Shown here: positions 63,590-64,000 of the stretch, piece by piece
How positions within the stretch are numbered: the first letter of the stretch is position 1
Layout: every line of letters begins with the position of its first letter
Source of the DNA: Azolla caroliniana
Lineage: Eukaryota > Plantae > Polypodiophyta
Length of the DNA: 64,000 bases
Assembly (NCBI GenBank): GCA_043228905.1
Contig: JBHGNT010000007.1
Span: forward strand, 10,850,001-10,914,000
Direction of reading: 5' to 3'
The notes under the pieces: model-generated
Seen by the model: only the letters and a program-made list of their open reading frames with translations
What the model was told of the DNA's origin: nothing
The model's database searches: none
Made by a program: the position numbers and the translations under genes

Positions 63590-64000
63590 TCAGAAATCAG
63601 AAATAGTGCAAAATAAGAATATGTGAGAATCAAAAACCCCAATCAACAACAACAAAAATGGTGCAAAATCTTTAACTTAGCAAATCAGAAACCCTAATCA
63701 TAATTTGTATTCAGAAATTTGAAATCAGAAACCCTAATCAAAATCTGTAATCAGAAGTTTGAAATCAGAAACCCTAATCAAAATCTGTAATCAGAAGTTT
63801 GTAACCAGAAACCTTATTCAGAAATTCTAATCAGAAATTTATAATCAAAAACCCTAATCAGAAATTTCAATCAGAAACCCTAATAAAAAATTTCAATCAC
63901 AAACCCTAATCAGAAATCCTAAGCAGAAATTTATAAACAAAAACCCTATTCAGAAATTCTAATTTGTAATCAAAATTTGTAACCAGAAACCCTATTCAGA
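63590..64000. repeat. AAATCAGAAACCCTAATC short tandem repeat (telo-box-containing) upstream of the ORF2-A exon
   Basis: Repeated AAACCCTA and TCAGAAA motifs running to the window edge. Confidence 0.85.

Larger units (their letters stand above)
41243..64000 (+). mobile_element. Sola2-like DNA transposon A (left end approximate, right end outside window)
   Basis: Copia sequence stops just before its expected PPT; new sequence begins GAGTGGAAAC (GRG terminus) and immediately contains ATAGCTAATTAGCTAT, the motif found in all A arrays. Contains a transposase and convergent cargo genes whose exons lie on both sides of element B. Confidence 0.8.

Noticed and set aside
63590-64000. Telomere or interstitial telomeric array
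   Set aside because: AAACCCTA motifs are embedded in longer AT-rich units, not contiguous (CCCTAAA)n.

Overview
Eukaryotic land-plant genomic DNA (spliceosomal GT-AG introns, microsatellites, nested retroelements; a non-seed plant such as a fern is my inference, not something the sequence proves). There is one host gene: a 6-exon GARP/G2-like MYB transcription factor of the SHLQMYR class on the minus strand (18028-12733). It is flanked by decayed Ty1/copia elements, a 5'-truncated L1-type LINE and Ty3/gypsy elements. The gypsy family has a tRNA-Trp primer site, a tRNA-like module inside its LTR and an apparently non-canonical LTR end. The right 23 kb is the most interesting part: two related large DNA transposons with Sola2-type DDD transposases, one (B, 50015-61919; 26-bp TIRs, ATAG TSD, intact 813-aa transposase) nested inside an intron of the other (A, from about 41243 to beyond the window). 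Both carry the same convergent spliced cargo gene (novel N-terminal domain, coiled coil, RING-H2, acidic region, basic RxTRS tail). A also carries an FCP1/NIF-like HAD phosphatase homologue. Each element fills its introns with its own palindromic motif (TAGCTAATTAGCTA in A, AGTACT in B). This layout recalls the VANDAL/VANC sequence-specific anti-silencing system and may be an undescribed transposon-encoded chromatin or counter-defence module. All gene models were spliced by hand; no database searches were run.
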